Shown one piece after another: positions 1 through 9,077 of a stretch of 64,000 nucleotides of DNA. Every line of letters begins with the position of its first letter. Position 1 is the stretch's first letter. The stretch spans positions 564,427 through 628,426 of the forward strand of contig CAMTYB010000001.1 in assembly GCA_947085855.1 (NCBI GenBank), written 5' to 3'. This stretch comes from an uncultured Candidatus Saccharibacteria bacterium (GTDB taxonomy: Bacteria; Patescibacteriota; Saccharimonadia; Saccharimonadales; 2-12-FULL-41-12). A program made the position numbers and the translations under genes. Below the pieces are notes generated by a model. That model was not told the DNA's origin. It saw nothing but the letters and a program-made list of their open reading frames with translations, and searched no databases.

Positions 1-1083
1 CTTGCTCGGGTTGGAAACATAGAATGATGGATCGGACGGCCACTTCTTTTTATCGAACAGTGATTTGAAGTTATCGTCCCAGGCTTGGCTAAAGATAAGA
101 TTGTGATGTTGCAAATTACGATATCGCTTCTTGATGCCGAGATGAATCATCAAGGCGCTTGGTGCCAGGACTCGCTTTTTAAAGTAATGTCGTGAGTAAC
201 TACGATGCTCTGGATTCAATAAGGACAGCTCGCTGTGGGCAATGTCTGTATTGCTAACGACAATGTCTGCGCTCATGCGAGTGCCGTCTTCTAAAATAAC
301 CCCGCGCGCTACACGATTACGGACTCGAATTTTTTTAACCGGTTGATTGAAGATAATTTTAACACCCCGCGCCTTGGCAAGTCGTACCAGGGCTTCGACA
401 ATTGTATACATGCCACCTTTGGGATAGAAGACACCTTGCTGCAAGTCAACATGATTAACCAAGCTATATAAGGCAGGCGAGTGCTGTGGGTTAGCACCAA
501 GAAAAACCAGTGGCCACTGCATTATTTTTTGGAGTTCTGGGGTAGAGAAGTACTTTTCGACATGTTTTTGCATTGACGTAAACGCATTGAGCTGTCTGGC
601 TTGGCGGATGACTTTTAGTGACAAGAAATCAAAAGTTGAATTGTAGTTACGGTATAAGAAGTGGTCCATGGCGGCATTGTATTGAAAGGCAGCTCGATCC
701 AAATAGGCCGGCAAGCTCTGGCGTACACCCGGTTCAATTGATGCAAAAGTTTTAATATCTTGCTTGTAGTCACCGTAAATGTCGACAGCTCCGTACAAAG
801 TGTCTTTGAAGAAGACCCGATAGCTTGGGGCCAATTTTTGTAGGTCGAGCAGCTCATGAACGTCTTCGCCGAGGAGCGAAAAGAACTGCTCAAAAACATC
901 TGGCATCAAGTACCAACTTGGCCCAGTTTCAAACTGGTAGCCCTTGGCTTTCAATGTGCCGGCTACGCCGCCAGGTTTGCTATTTTTTTCGTAAATCGTG
1001 ACGTTATAGCCGGCTTCGCCAAGAATGCAAGCAGTGGCTAGACCACCCACCCCGGCGCCGATAATAATGACCGATTTTTGCAT
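1..1083 (-). CDS. crtI: Phytoene desaturase family protein (runs off the window edge)
   Basis: Translated by hand from ATG at 1083: MQKSVIIIGAGVGGLATACILGEAGYNVTIYEKN..GG..G...KGYQFETGPSWYLMPDVFEQFF, an FAD-binding GxGxxG plus the CrtI signature. Not in the ORF track because it has no stop in the window. Confidence 0.9.
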   Translation of the reverse strand, partial: MQKSVIIIGAGVGGLATACILGEAGYNVTIYEKNSKPGGVAGTLKAKGYQFETGPSWYLMPDVFEQFFSLLGEDVHELLDLQKLAPSYRVFFKDTLYGAVDIYGDYKQDIKTFASIEPGVRQSLPAYLDRAAFQYNAAMDHFLYRNYNSTFDFLSLKVIRQARQLNAFTSMQKHVEKYFSTPELQKIMQWPLVFLGANPQHSPALYSLVNHVDLQQGVFYPKGGMYTIVEALVRLAKARGVKIIFNQPVKKIRVRNRVARGVILEDGTRMSADIVVSNTDIAHSELSLLNPEHRSYSRHYFKKRVLAPSALMIHLGIKKRYRNLQHHNLIFSQAWDDNFKSLFDKKKWPSDPSFYVSNPSK

Positions 1084-1103
1084 GTATGTGTACATCATAA
1101 CAG

Positions 1104-2027
1104 ATGAATATGGTAGTGTTAGAGGGAAAACAGGTAAATCCAACTATTATGACCATTCGAGGCCATGTAACCTTCCGAGAAACTGTAGCAATTAGTCGTC
1201 CCTTATGGTGGTTTGCGACCTGCATACCATTTGTAGTCGGTGCGCTTTTGGCCGACGCTAATCTAGGTGTCACATTCTTCCTTGGTGCATTGTATTTTTT
1301 GTTCCCATACAACTTACTGCTCTACGGCACCAATGACATATTTGACTATGATTCTGATGAGCATAATGTTCGCAAAATTAGTGTGACCCACGGTACGACC
1401 TTAGCAAAAATTAAGCAGCCAGCTCTTCGCAAGCGAATTATCTATGCCAATGTACCGTTTGTGGTGCTGCTGATGGTGCTCGGCAATATCGAATCGAGTG
1501 TATTTTTAGTAATGATGCTCTATCTCGTTCTCGCCTATAGCGTGACGGGCCTTCGATACAAAGAAATACCCTTTATTGATTCACTGACGTCGGCATTTCA
1601 TTATGCATCGCCGTTCTTATTCGCGTTGCTGTTATTCTCGAGTCCTGATTTGTGGACACCAGCTTTTGCTAGCTTTTATTTCTGGGCCGTGGGTAGCCAT
1701 GCCTTTGCCGCCATTCAAGATATTACCCCGGACAAAAAGGCAGGTATCAAGACAATTGCAACGTACCTCGGTGTATCTAAGACGCTGATTTTTGTGGTGA
1801 TAGCCTTTGGCTTGGCAGCGATTGCACCAATTTTGAGCTATGGACCATACGGCTTTATTGCCGTCGGAATCATTGTGCCGTATCTGATTGGCGTATTGTC
1901 AACCTGGCGTTATCGAGATAATGATCAGGCGCCACAATTTGTTACAGTTTGGCATCGCTTTCTTAAACTGAGCTATGTAGTAGCTATCGTTGGTTCCATT
2001 GTGCTGCTATATCTGTATAATAAATAG
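1104..2027 (+). CDS. UbiA-family prenyltransferase, lycopene elongase (CrtEb/LyeJ-like); start may be 1149
   Basis: ISRPLWW, YNLLLYGTNDIFDYDSD, RYKEIPFIDS and AIQDITPDKKAGIKTIAT motifs; multi-pass membrane; divergent from crtI. Confidence 0.8.
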   Translation: MNMVVLEGKQVNPTIMTIRGHVTFRETVAISRPLWWFATCIPFVVGALLADANLGVTFFLGALYFLFPYNLLLYGTNDIFDYDSDEHNVRKISVTHGTTLAKIKQPALRKRIIYANVPFVVLLMVLGNIESSVFLVMMLYLVLAYSVTGLRYKEIPFIDSLTSAFHYASPFLFALLLFSSPDLWTPAFASFYFWAVGSHAFAAIQDITPDKKAGIKTIATYLGVSKTLIFVVIAFGLAAIAPILSYGPYGFIAVGIIVPYLIGVLSTWRYRDNDQAPQFVTVWHRFLKLSYVVAIVGSIVLLYLYNK

Positions 2028-2033
2028 ACTGAT

Positions 2034-3014
2034 ATGACAAATTATCTTGATGATTTACCAAAGCAATTTTTGGTGCTGGCGCCTATGGAAGACGTGACCG
2101 ACACCGTGTTTCGACGTGTCATCGCTCGTAACGCACCGTTTGATCTCTACTTTACTGAATTTGCCAACGTTGATGGCTTGCAGTCGCCAGGTAGAAATGT
2201 CGTTGGACGTCGCTTGCGTTTTGAGCCTGAAGAACAACCCCTCGTGGCTCAGATATGGGGAAAGGATCCGCAGAACTTTTATAAAACTGCCCAAGAGCTC
2301 GTAGAGATGGGCTTTGTGGGTATTGATATCAACATGGGCTGTCCGGTTAAGGCTGTGGTCAAAGAGGGCTGCGGCGGAGGCATTATTGCGTTTCCAGAAC
2401 GAGCCAAAGAAGTCATCCAGACAGTCAAAGACGGTTCTGGCGGAGCAATTCCCATCAGCGTCAAAACTCGCATTGGCTTGAAAGACTACCAGCCCGAATG
2501 GCTGAAAATGCTCTTGGAGCAAGATATAGCAATGTTGACCGTGCACCTGCGAACTGTTAAAGAAATGTCACTCGTGGATGCGCATTGGGAATTGATGGAC
2601 GACATCAAGAAGCTTAGAGATGAGGTTGCTCCACAGACTAAATTAGTAGCTAATGGTGATATTAAAAATCGTCTGCATGCCGAAGAGCTCATGCAAAAGT
2701 ATGGTCTCGATGGGGCCATGATTGGTCGCGGTGTCTTTCACGATCCATTTGCTGCCCTGAGCGATAGTCACTGGGCAGATTTGCCGCCGGCCCAGAAACT
2801 TGATTTATACCGTCAGCATATCGAGCTATTTCAAGAAACGTGGGTAGGGGAGTATCGTCCGATTGCACCGCTCAATAAGTTCTGCAAAACGTACGTGAAT
2901 GGCTTTGCTGGAGCTAAAGAAATACGCGAACGATTAATGCATTGTAAAACGATCGAAGAATTACACAAAAAAGTTCTGGAGCACCAGCAGGCGTTACAGC
3001 TCGTTACGGTTTAA
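2034..3014 (+). CDS. dus: tRNA-dihydrouridine synthase
   Basis: LAPMEDVTD, GIDINMGCP, SVKTRIG, ANGDI and GAMIGRG motifs. Confidence 0.93.
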   Translation: MTNYLDDLPKQFLVLAPMEDVTDTVFRRVIARNAPFDLYFTEFANVDGLQSPGRNVVGRRLRFEPEEQPLVAQIWGKDPQNFYKTAQELVEMGFVGIDINMGCPVKAVVKEGCGGGIIAFPERAKEVIQTVKDGSGGAIPISVKTRIGLKDYQPEWLKMLLEQDIAMLTVHLRTVKEMSLVDAHWELMDDIKKLRDEVAPQTKLVANGDIKNRLHAEELMQKYGLDGAMIGRGVFHDPFAALSDSHWADLPPAQKLDLYRQHIELFQETWVGEYRPIAPLNKFCKTYVNGFAGAKEIRERLMHCKTIEELHKKVLEHQQALQLVTV

Positions 3015-3348
3015 GATGCGATCCACACGGCTTGGCATGGTGCTTAGCGCCCCATTCAGCCATTTTCTCTAAGACAGATTGAAGTTCAAGTCCTTTAGTC
3101 GTCAGCGCGTAGTTAGAGCGTGGCGGGTGTTCGCAGTATAGTTGCTTGATGACGATTTTTTCATCCTCAAGCATGTTAAGTCGCTGGCTAAGCGTGCGTG
3201 GACTAATAGCTGGCAGGGCAACTTCGAGGGCAGAGAAGGTGAGGGGAGTGCCTGATGATAATTCTTGAAGAATTAATCCGGTCCACTTGTCGCCCATGAT
3301 ACGTAATGTGGTTTCTATGCAACCGGGCTTATCAGTTATTTTATCCAT
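3004..3348 (-). CDS. HxlR-family winged-helix transcriptional regulator
   Basis: CIETTLRIMGDKW, ISPRTLSQRL, PPRSNYALTTKG; start moved to 3348 because TATACT lies 6 nt upstream. Confidence 0.88.
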   Translation of the reverse strand: MDKITDKPGCIETTLRIMGDKWTGLILQELSSGTPLTFSALEVALPAISPRTLSQRLNMLEDEKIVIKQLYCEHPPRSNYALTTKGLELQSVLEKMAEWGAKHHAKPCGSHLKP

Positions 3349-3371
3349 AAATTTAGTATAACCCATAAATG

Positions 3372-3410
3372 ACTTTACAAAGTATAGTTAGTATATATAC
3401 TAAGTAAAGT
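3372..3410. promoter_or_regulatory. Probable HxlR operator in the divergent promoter
   Basis: Perfect palindrome TTAGTATATATACTAA (3388-3403), with an outer inverted pair ACTTTAC/GTAAAGT. Confidence 0.55.
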
Positions 3411-3433
3411 AACAAATAAAATAAGGATAGAAT

Positions 3434-3997
3434 ATGACAAAGATACAGATAATTACTGGCAGTACTCGACCGGGTCGATTAAACAAGCAAGTGGCCGACT
3501 GGGTTTACGAAGTTGCTCAGCAGCGCACCGATATTGAAGTAGAGCTAGTAGACATTGCTGACTACAACTTGCCGTTGCTAGATGAGCCAGCACCTCCAGC
3601 AACTGGTCAGAAAACCAAAGACCACACCAAACGTTGGGCAGCTAAAATTAGCGAAGCCGACGGCTATGTGTTTGTGACACCAGAGTATAATCATGCACCA
3701 TCAGCAGCGCTCAAAAACGCTATCGATTTTGTTAATCATGAATGGAACAACAAAGCTGTAGCCTTTGTAAGCTATGGCTGGCCAGCCAGTGGTTTGCGCG
3801 CGGTTGAACAATTGCGTCAAATTGTAGCTGAGGTTCAGTTGGCGGACATCAATAAGCATGTAGCTTTCGCTGTCGGCCAAGATTTCAAAGATGATTTTCA
3901 GACGCTCAATGCCAACGACAAGCACGTTCAGGATGCACAGGCTATGCTTGATCAGCTAGCAGCGTGGGCGGGGGCATTAAAGACAATTCGCACCTAA
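3434..3997 (+). CDS. NADPH-dependent FMN reductase
   Basis: GSTRPGR and FVTPEYNH..ALKNAID flavodoxin-fold motifs. Confidence 0.92.
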   Translation: MTKIQIITGSTRPGRLNKQVADWVYEVAQQRTDIEVELVDIADYNLPLLDEPAPPATGQKTKDHTKRWAAKISEADGYVFVTPEYNHAPSAALKNAIDFVNHEWNNKAVAFVSYGWPASGLRAVEQLRQIVAEVQLADINKHVAFAVGQDFKDDFQTLNANDKHVQDAQAMLDQLAAWAGALKTIRT

Positions 3998-4066
3998 GTT
4001 AAACCAATTGTGCTTGCGCTGACTCCTTATCTGCGCTATATCTATGGCTAATGAGTATCAGCACAT

Positions 4067-4822
4067 ATGACTACTAGTCAGGCTTGTGAGCCTGCGCCAA
4101 TGTCACCCGAATTGGCGGTAAGGCACGCGCATCATCACGAAATTCCAGAATTTAGCGACGCTATCGATAAATGGACGGGGCGCCAACAAACCTGGGCTTG
4201 GCGTCCAGTATTCGCAGCGCTTGAGTCTGAATTGCCAACAGAACTACTAGCTATTCGTGATCATATCGTCAATGACGATGCTGCCATTGTTGAACTTGGT
4301 GGTTTAGTTATGGCCTATGCAATTCCACCCGAAGGTGAGAAACCAGACCAAGCGCAAGCTATGTTTATGCAGGCAGCACTGCGTTTTGGCGAAGCCTATG
4401 CTCATGAAGATCCAACTGTTCGATCATGTTTTGTAGACATGGCATTAGTCGATACCGATTTCTCGCTGCTCTATGCTTTGGACGCCAAGCAATTTGAGCT
4501 GCTTGAGCAACCTGATTTTGCTAAAAGCTTTATGACTGAAGTTTTGGCCGACATACCCGAAGCTTTGGACGAGATGCTTCAATTTACACCATCAGATACC
4601 CAACAGCAACACAAAACCAATGATCAAAAAGTCACGCTACTTGCTCAAGTCATGTATCGTATCCGAAATAATCTTCCACCGAAGGAAATGGTATCGTGGC
4701 TCTATAAGCCCAAGTCAGAGCTTGGCCAGAAAAGTCCGTATGAAGTTATCAATCAGCCGAAGTATGACTCGTATGAACATCGATTGCTGATGGATTTGGC
4801 ACAGCGAACTAACGCCGTTTAA
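4067..4822 (+). CDS. Hypothetical protein with a possible C-terminal MbcA/ParS/Xre antitoxin-like domain
   Basis: 251-aa ORF; C-terminal WLYKPKSELGQKSPYEVI resembles W-L-x-x-P-x-x-x-L-G-G-x-x-P. Confidence 0.55.
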   Translation: MTTSQACEPAPMSPELAVRHAHHHEIPEFSDAIDKWTGRQQTWAWRPVFAALESELPTELLAIRDHIVNDDAAIVELGGLVMAYAIPPEGEKPDQAQAMFMQAALRFGEAYAHEDPTVRSCFVDMALVDTDFSLLYALDAKQFELLEQPDFAKSFMTEVLADIPEALDEMLQFTPSDTQQQHKTNDQKVTLLAQVMYRIRNNLPPKEMVSWLYKPKSELGQKSPYEVINQPKYDSYEHRLLMDLAQRTNAV

Positions 4823-5687
4823 TCATTTGCATGTATGTTTCTATAGATCTGACTGCCTTAGAAGCCAGGCTGGTAGTTTCAGCTGTAATTTCTGAATAAA
4901 TCTCAGAATAAAGAATTATTGCACGTTCATCCCAAGGCAAAGCCTCGAGGCGTCGCATCTTTCTTGCAGCGACCCATTCGTGAACATTGGTGAGGTTTGC
5001 AAACGTAATCGGCAGCTCATGTGCCTTGAGTAATGCGGTCATATGACCAATGAATTCCTCATTAGTGACATCAGCCAGAACGTAAACCGGCGTCTTTTCT
5101 TGCAGCGCCTCAGCTACAGGGCCCAATCTCTCAGGATTTGCCCAGTGCGACTCGCCAATGCGCTTGGCTTCATCATGTAGCCTATTTCTAAAATATGCGG
5201 GAGTAAATCGTAGTGGACCATTTCGGCTCACATCAGCATAGACGTCTGACAAGGCATGAGATGCGTAATCTATCACTGCCTGATCATTTGGCAGAGACTC
5301 TAGGTCGTCACCATACTCCACGATGAGTTTGCCTAAAACTGCACTACATTCGAGCACCGCAAGATTAAGGTCTGTAACGACAGGAAAACGGATATCGAGC
5401 TCGGGCAATAATGAAAGATGTGCTCCAGTGCCAACAAATAGGCCAACACCATCCGAATGTACGTCTTCAAAGCCTTCCTGGATAGCTGGCACAACTCTAC
5501 CTATCTGGCGATCATTAGTCACAATGTGCCCGGATACACGATAGCAACTCTCCGGTTCATCAGAAAAAACACCGGACAAGGCTTCGATTTGGGCAGCCGG
5601 CCCAGCGTTGTCTTGAATATTATCACCGTAGAAGAAAACTTCGGGATTAACAACACTACCTAATTTTTCAGGTTCCAAAAATGACAT
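4809..5687 (-). CDS. Hypothetical protein
   Basis: 292-aa ORF with TATACT just upstream of the ATG; no recognised motif. Confidence 0.6.
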   Translation of the reverse strand: MSFLEPEKLGSVVNPEVFFYGDNIQDNAGPAAQIEALSGVFSDEPESCYRVSGHIVTNDRQIGRVVPAIQEGFEDVHSDGVGLFVGTGAHLSLLPELDIRFPVVTDLNLAVLECSAVLGKLIVEYGDDLESLPNDQAVIDYASHALSDVYADVSRNGPLRFTPAYFRNRLHDEAKRIGESHWANPERLGPVAEALQEKTPVYVLADVTNEEFIGHMTALLKAHELPITFANLTNVHEWVAARKMRRLEALPWDERAIILYSEIYSEITAETTSLASKAVRSIETYMQMIKRR

Positions 5688-5734
5688 AATTAGTATAAAA
5701 ATACCATAAAACTGCTAATTTGTCTATACTATTG

Positions 5735-6565
5735 CTAGGATTCGTGAAGACCAATGATATACAGCTCTTCGCCAACGCGGGCACTGTAGTGTGGGAACAG
5801 AATGCATTCATTTTTCTTGGCAAGGTATTGCTTGGGGCCATCAACGGCGATGAGTTGACCCTCGGTTAAGTTATCGAAATTCTTAAAGCCTGGCTCCAGC
5901 GTAATGGTTTCGGTGTTTTTCTTTGCGGCGTACAGGGCCTTCAGAATTTTCTTTGGTTTGTCTGAAAGGGGAACTTTTGATTCGATCATGTCGTAGTACT
6001 GCAGGAATTGGTAGATGGTTTTGACGGCGTAGTCTTTTAGCTCGCTCGATTGGCTGATCGGCCCGCATTCTACGCAGATGCCAACTTTTCCATTAAGGAA
6101 CATGTAGCCGTCACTGCCACCCTTTTCGACGTTTGTGAAGTTAGTGGCAATGAGGGGTAAGTCAAAGACACTGGCGACATCGATGGAGGGTTCTTCGCAG
6201 ATGGCAAAGGGTTCGGTATTGCCATCCGAATAAAACATGTGCAAATCAAGTAGGGCGTCGCATTGGTCGAGTACGGCCATGAGCTCACGTGCGCGAGTAT
6301 CTTCGTAGCTATCGCCATCGTTGCCGGCGAAGAAACGACGATTTAAGTTTTTGTTAATAAAGCGGACATTAGCTTCGATGGCTGGTGGATTGGCAAAAGC
6401 TAGATGCAGCGTACCTTTGGTAAGTTTTAGTTTTGGAATCAATTCCTGTAAAGCATAAATGCCGGCTCGTTCGTTGCCGTGAACTCCAGCAAAGATAGCC
6501 ACGGTAGGTCCGGGCTCTGAGCCAGCTATAGTGATGATTTCTTCTGTAATTGGTGCGATTTTCAT
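5735..6565 (-). CDS. Succinylglutamate desuccinylase/aspartoacylase (M14-like Zn hydrolase)
   Basis: GVHGNE, NLNRRF, LLDLH and VECG motifs. Confidence 0.88.
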   Translation of the reverse strand: MKIAPITEEIITIAGSEPGPTVAIFAGVHGNERAGIYALQELIPKLKLTKGTLHLAFANPPAIEANVRFINKNLNRRFFAGNDGDSYEDTRARELMAVLDQCDALLDLHMFYSDGNTEPFAICEEPSIDVASVFDLPLIATNFTNVEKGGSDGYMFLNGKVGICVECGPISQSSELKDYAVKTIYQFLQYYDMIESKVPLSDKPKKILKALYAAKKNTETITLEPGFKNFDNLTEGQLIAVDGPKQYLAKKNECILFPHYSARVGEELYIIGLHES

Positions 6566-6592
6566 AGTGTTTCCTGATTGATTGTGGTTAGT

Positions 6593-6620
6593 AAAATAAA
6601 AAAGTCCCTGATGAGGGACT
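6593..6620 (-). terminator. Attenuator terminator upstream of the M14 hydrolase
   Basis: Minus strand reads AGTCCCT-CATC-AGGGACT followed by TTTTTATTTT. Confidence 0.75.
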
Positions 6621-6643
6621 GCGAAAATCGATGAATACGCAAA

Positions 6644-6694
6644 CTATCCCTCGTGGGAGTGATGAGTGCTATGCCAGCGATTTAGATCAGACAT
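6644..6694 (-). CDS. Putative His-rich leader peptide MSDLNRWHSTHHSHEG
   Basis: 16-codon ORF with 4 His in 7 codons; its 3' end (GAGGGA) is complementary to the terminator 5' arm (TCCCTC). Confidence 0.65.
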   Translation of the reverse strand: MSDLNRWHSTHHSHEG

Positions 6695-6905
6695 GATATT
6701 ACAGTAATGGACAAATTATTAATTGGCAAATGCTATTTACTGATGGGCTGGAATAAGCCTACGGCTTGCGACCTGCAGCCATGCTCGAAGTAAACTTCTG
6801 CGCGTGGCTTTGATCTTCGAACCATTTTTGCTGCGCAAAACTTGGTTCGCTTCAGCACTCCGCTGAGCAAAATAAAAACCACTCGCTGAGTGGCTTCCAT
6901 TTTGC

Positions 6906-6981
6906 TGGTGGGGGTGGTTGGAATCGAACCAACTACCAAGCGGTTATGAGCCGCCTGCTCTAACCGATGAGCTACACCCCC
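6906..6981 (-). tRNA. tRNA with CAT anticodon, probably tRNA-Ile2 (lysidine) rather than elongator Met
   Basis: Cloverleaf GGGGGTG..GGCGG-CTCATAA-CCGCT..GGTTCGATTCC..CACCCCCACCA, 76 nt with encoded CCA. Confidence 0.92.
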
Positions 6982-7059
6982 GGCATTTACACGTGCTGTA
7001 ACAGATAGAGTATACCAGAAATTTGCCAAAGATTGGTATAATATACGCTGATAACCATC

Positions 7060-7515
7060 ATGAACAAACAATCAAAAACAATTTTAGAAAAAGCTCAGGT
7101 GCTCACAGACGCTCGTGCACTTGGTTTATTAGCCTTTGGCGTGGTAGCAGTGCTCGTGACCTGGAGCGGCATTAAAGTCGTTCAAACTAACTATGAACTT
7201 GAGAAAAAAATTGCCGTAGCAAAGCAGCGCAATGCAATTGAACAGCTAGCCAATGAAAATCTCAAGCTCAAGAATAAGTATTACGAAAGTAATCAGTATC
7301 TAGAGTTATCGGCTCGTCGACAGTTTGGCAAAGCGGCAGCAGGAGAACGATTGTACATTGTTCCGGAGAGTGTGGCGTTAGCTAAAACAGTGGGACCGGC
7401 TGAGCCCGTTACCGAATCAAGTGAAGTAAAGGTAGAGTCAAAAAAACCACGTTACCAGCAAAATTTTGATGACTGGATGGAGTTTTTGTTTAGCACCGAC
7501 CCGCAAAGAGGCTAA
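7060..7515 (+). CDS. Septum formation initiator (FtsB/DivIC-like)
   Basis: Single TM helix, coiled coil, YLELSARRQFG..GE motif. Confidence 0.75.
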   Translation: MNKQSKTILEKAQVLTDARALGLLAFGVVAVLVTWSGIKVVQTNYELEKKIAVAKQRNAIEQLANENLKLKNKYYESNQYLELSARRQFGKAAAGERLYIVPESVALAKTVGPAEPVTESSEVKVESKKPRYQQNFDDWMEFLFSTDPQRG

Positions 7516-8261
7516 GCAGTTATGAGCGTGCTGGCTGACTGGTCGACAAAAGCTTTGAAGAGCTGCTCCCACTCGGGCTGCTTGTGGATGAGCGATTCTG
7601 GGTGAGATTGAACGCCAACAATAAAACGACCGTCGGTGGTCTCGAGGCCTTCGATGATGCCATCAGGCGCCAGGGCTGTAACGCGTAGATTTTTACCAAG
7701 ATTTTTGACCGCTTGATGGTGGTGAGAATTGGTGTTGATAGACGTAGTTTGCAAAATAGCACATAGCTTTGAGTCCGGTGAGATGGTGATGTCGTGGGCA
7801 GCATGCGATAAATTCTCGGCTTTGGTGGAACTTTCGTGGTCATGGGCATCGGGTAGATCTTCCGGAATATCTTGATATAAGTCGCCCCCGTAGTAGATGT
7901 TGAGCATCTGCATGCCGCGACAAATAGCTAAGATTGGCAGATCTCGCGTAAGGGCTTGTTCTAGAACGTACATGTCGGTGCTGTCGCGAAGGTCAGATAG
8001 ATCGACTAATTTGTCGTATGGTTTCTGGCCGTAAACTTGCGGGTGGATGTCATTGCCGCCACTTAGGAGTAGACCGTCTAACTTGTCACAAATGCCGTTG
8101 AGAACGGATTTATCAAAGGTTAGTGGCAAGATAATTGGTATACCGCCGCCATGAATAACGGCATCAATGTATGTATGACTTTGGCCAAAAGTGGCTGGGG
8201 CCCATGGTCGATCACGATTAAAGACTTCGCCGGCAGTTACCCCAATGAGCGGTTTGTTCAT
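7512..8261 (-). CDS. Peptidase C26 / gamma-glutamyl-GABA hydrolase family glutamine amidotransferase
   Basis: GLLLSGGND, AICRGMQ, NSHHHQAV and GVQSHPE triad motifs. Confidence 0.92.
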   Translation of the reverse strand: MNKPLIGVTAGEVFNRDRPWAPATFGQSHTYIDAVIHGGGIPIILPLTFDKSVLNGICDKLDGLLLSGGNDIHPQVYGQKPYDKLVDLSDLRDSTDMYVLEQALTRDLPILAICRGMQMLNIYYGGDLYQDIPEDLPDAHDHESSTKAENLSHAAHDITISPDSKLCAILQTTSINTNSHHHQAVKNLGKNLRVTALAPDGIIEGLETTDGRFIVGVQSHPESLIHKQPEWEQLFKAFVDQSASTLITA

Positions 8262-8327
8262 TACCGCTTATTTTACCATAAGAAAGTTTTAAGCTTTCTG
8301 AAAGCTCTATCGTATACAATAGATTGA

Positions 8328-9041
8328 ATGCGAGCTTACCAGAAAAGACGACTGTTTGTCGTAGCAGTTCTATTATTGAGCGCTTTGAGCGGCTTTATCT
8401 ATGAAGCGAATCAGCCCAAACTAGATTACCGAGACAGCACAGTTCAGTCTTCGCAGACTGCAGCTGCGCCTGGCTCGGCCCAGCAAGCCTTGCAAACACT
8501 TGAGGTCAAAGGCCGAGCGCCAAAGACCGGCTATAGTCGCGATCAGTTTTCGACCGGCTGGGCCGACGCTGGCGGCTGTGACGTCCGTAACTTTATCCTC
8601 AAACGCGATATGACGGCCGTCATCACTCGATCAATGGCAGATTGCACTGTCATGCAGGGCACACTCAATGACCCATACACAGGCAAGACAATCCAGTTTG
8701 TTCGTGGCAGCGACAACAGCGGTGTGCAAATAGACCACATGGTTGCTTTGTCGAATGCCTGGCAAACCGGTGCCCAACAATTGACGTCCGATCAGCGCTT
8801 TTTAATTGCTAATGACCAGCTCAACCTTATGGCCGTTGATGGCCCGACCAACCAGAAGAAAGGCGATGGTGATGCAGCCACCTGGCTGCCGCCAAACAAA
8901 GACTATCGATGCCAGTATGTTGCCCGTCAAATTGCAGTCAAGCAAAAGTATCGTTTGTGGGTCACCCAAGCTGAATCAGAGGCGATGCAAAAGGTTTTGC
9001 AGGCGTGTCCAGGTCAAGCTTTACCGAGCATAAGCCAGTAA
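8328..9041 (+). CDS. Membrane-anchored/secreted HNH endonuclease (DUF1524-like)
   Basis: N-terminal TM; GYSRDQF, DPYTG, QIDHMVAL, NLMAVDGPTNQKKGD and WLPPN motifs. Confidence 0.88.
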   Translation: MRAYQKRRLFVVAVLLLSALSGFIYEANQPKLDYRDSTVQSSQTAAAPGSAQQALQTLEVKGRAPKTGYSRDQFSTGWADAGGCDVRNFILKRDMTAVITRSMADCTVMQGTLNDPYTGKTIQFVRGSDNSGVQIDHMVALSNAWQTGAQQLTSDQRFLIANDQLNLMAVDGPTNQKKGDGDAATWLPPNKDYRCQYVARQIAVKQKYRLWVTQAESEAMQKVLQACPGQALPSISQ

Positions 9042-9077
9042 ACATCTAGATTACATTCTGTCTCTAAAGTTGATGCT

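Noticed and set aside
309-1312. Short ORFs listed at 309-500, 615-899, 856-1041 and 1004-1312
   Set aside because: They are alternative-frame or antisense shadows of crtI and the prenyltransferase
6733-7071. 112-aa minus-strand ORF
   Set aside because: It runs through the tRNA gene and its terminator and has no protein-like features
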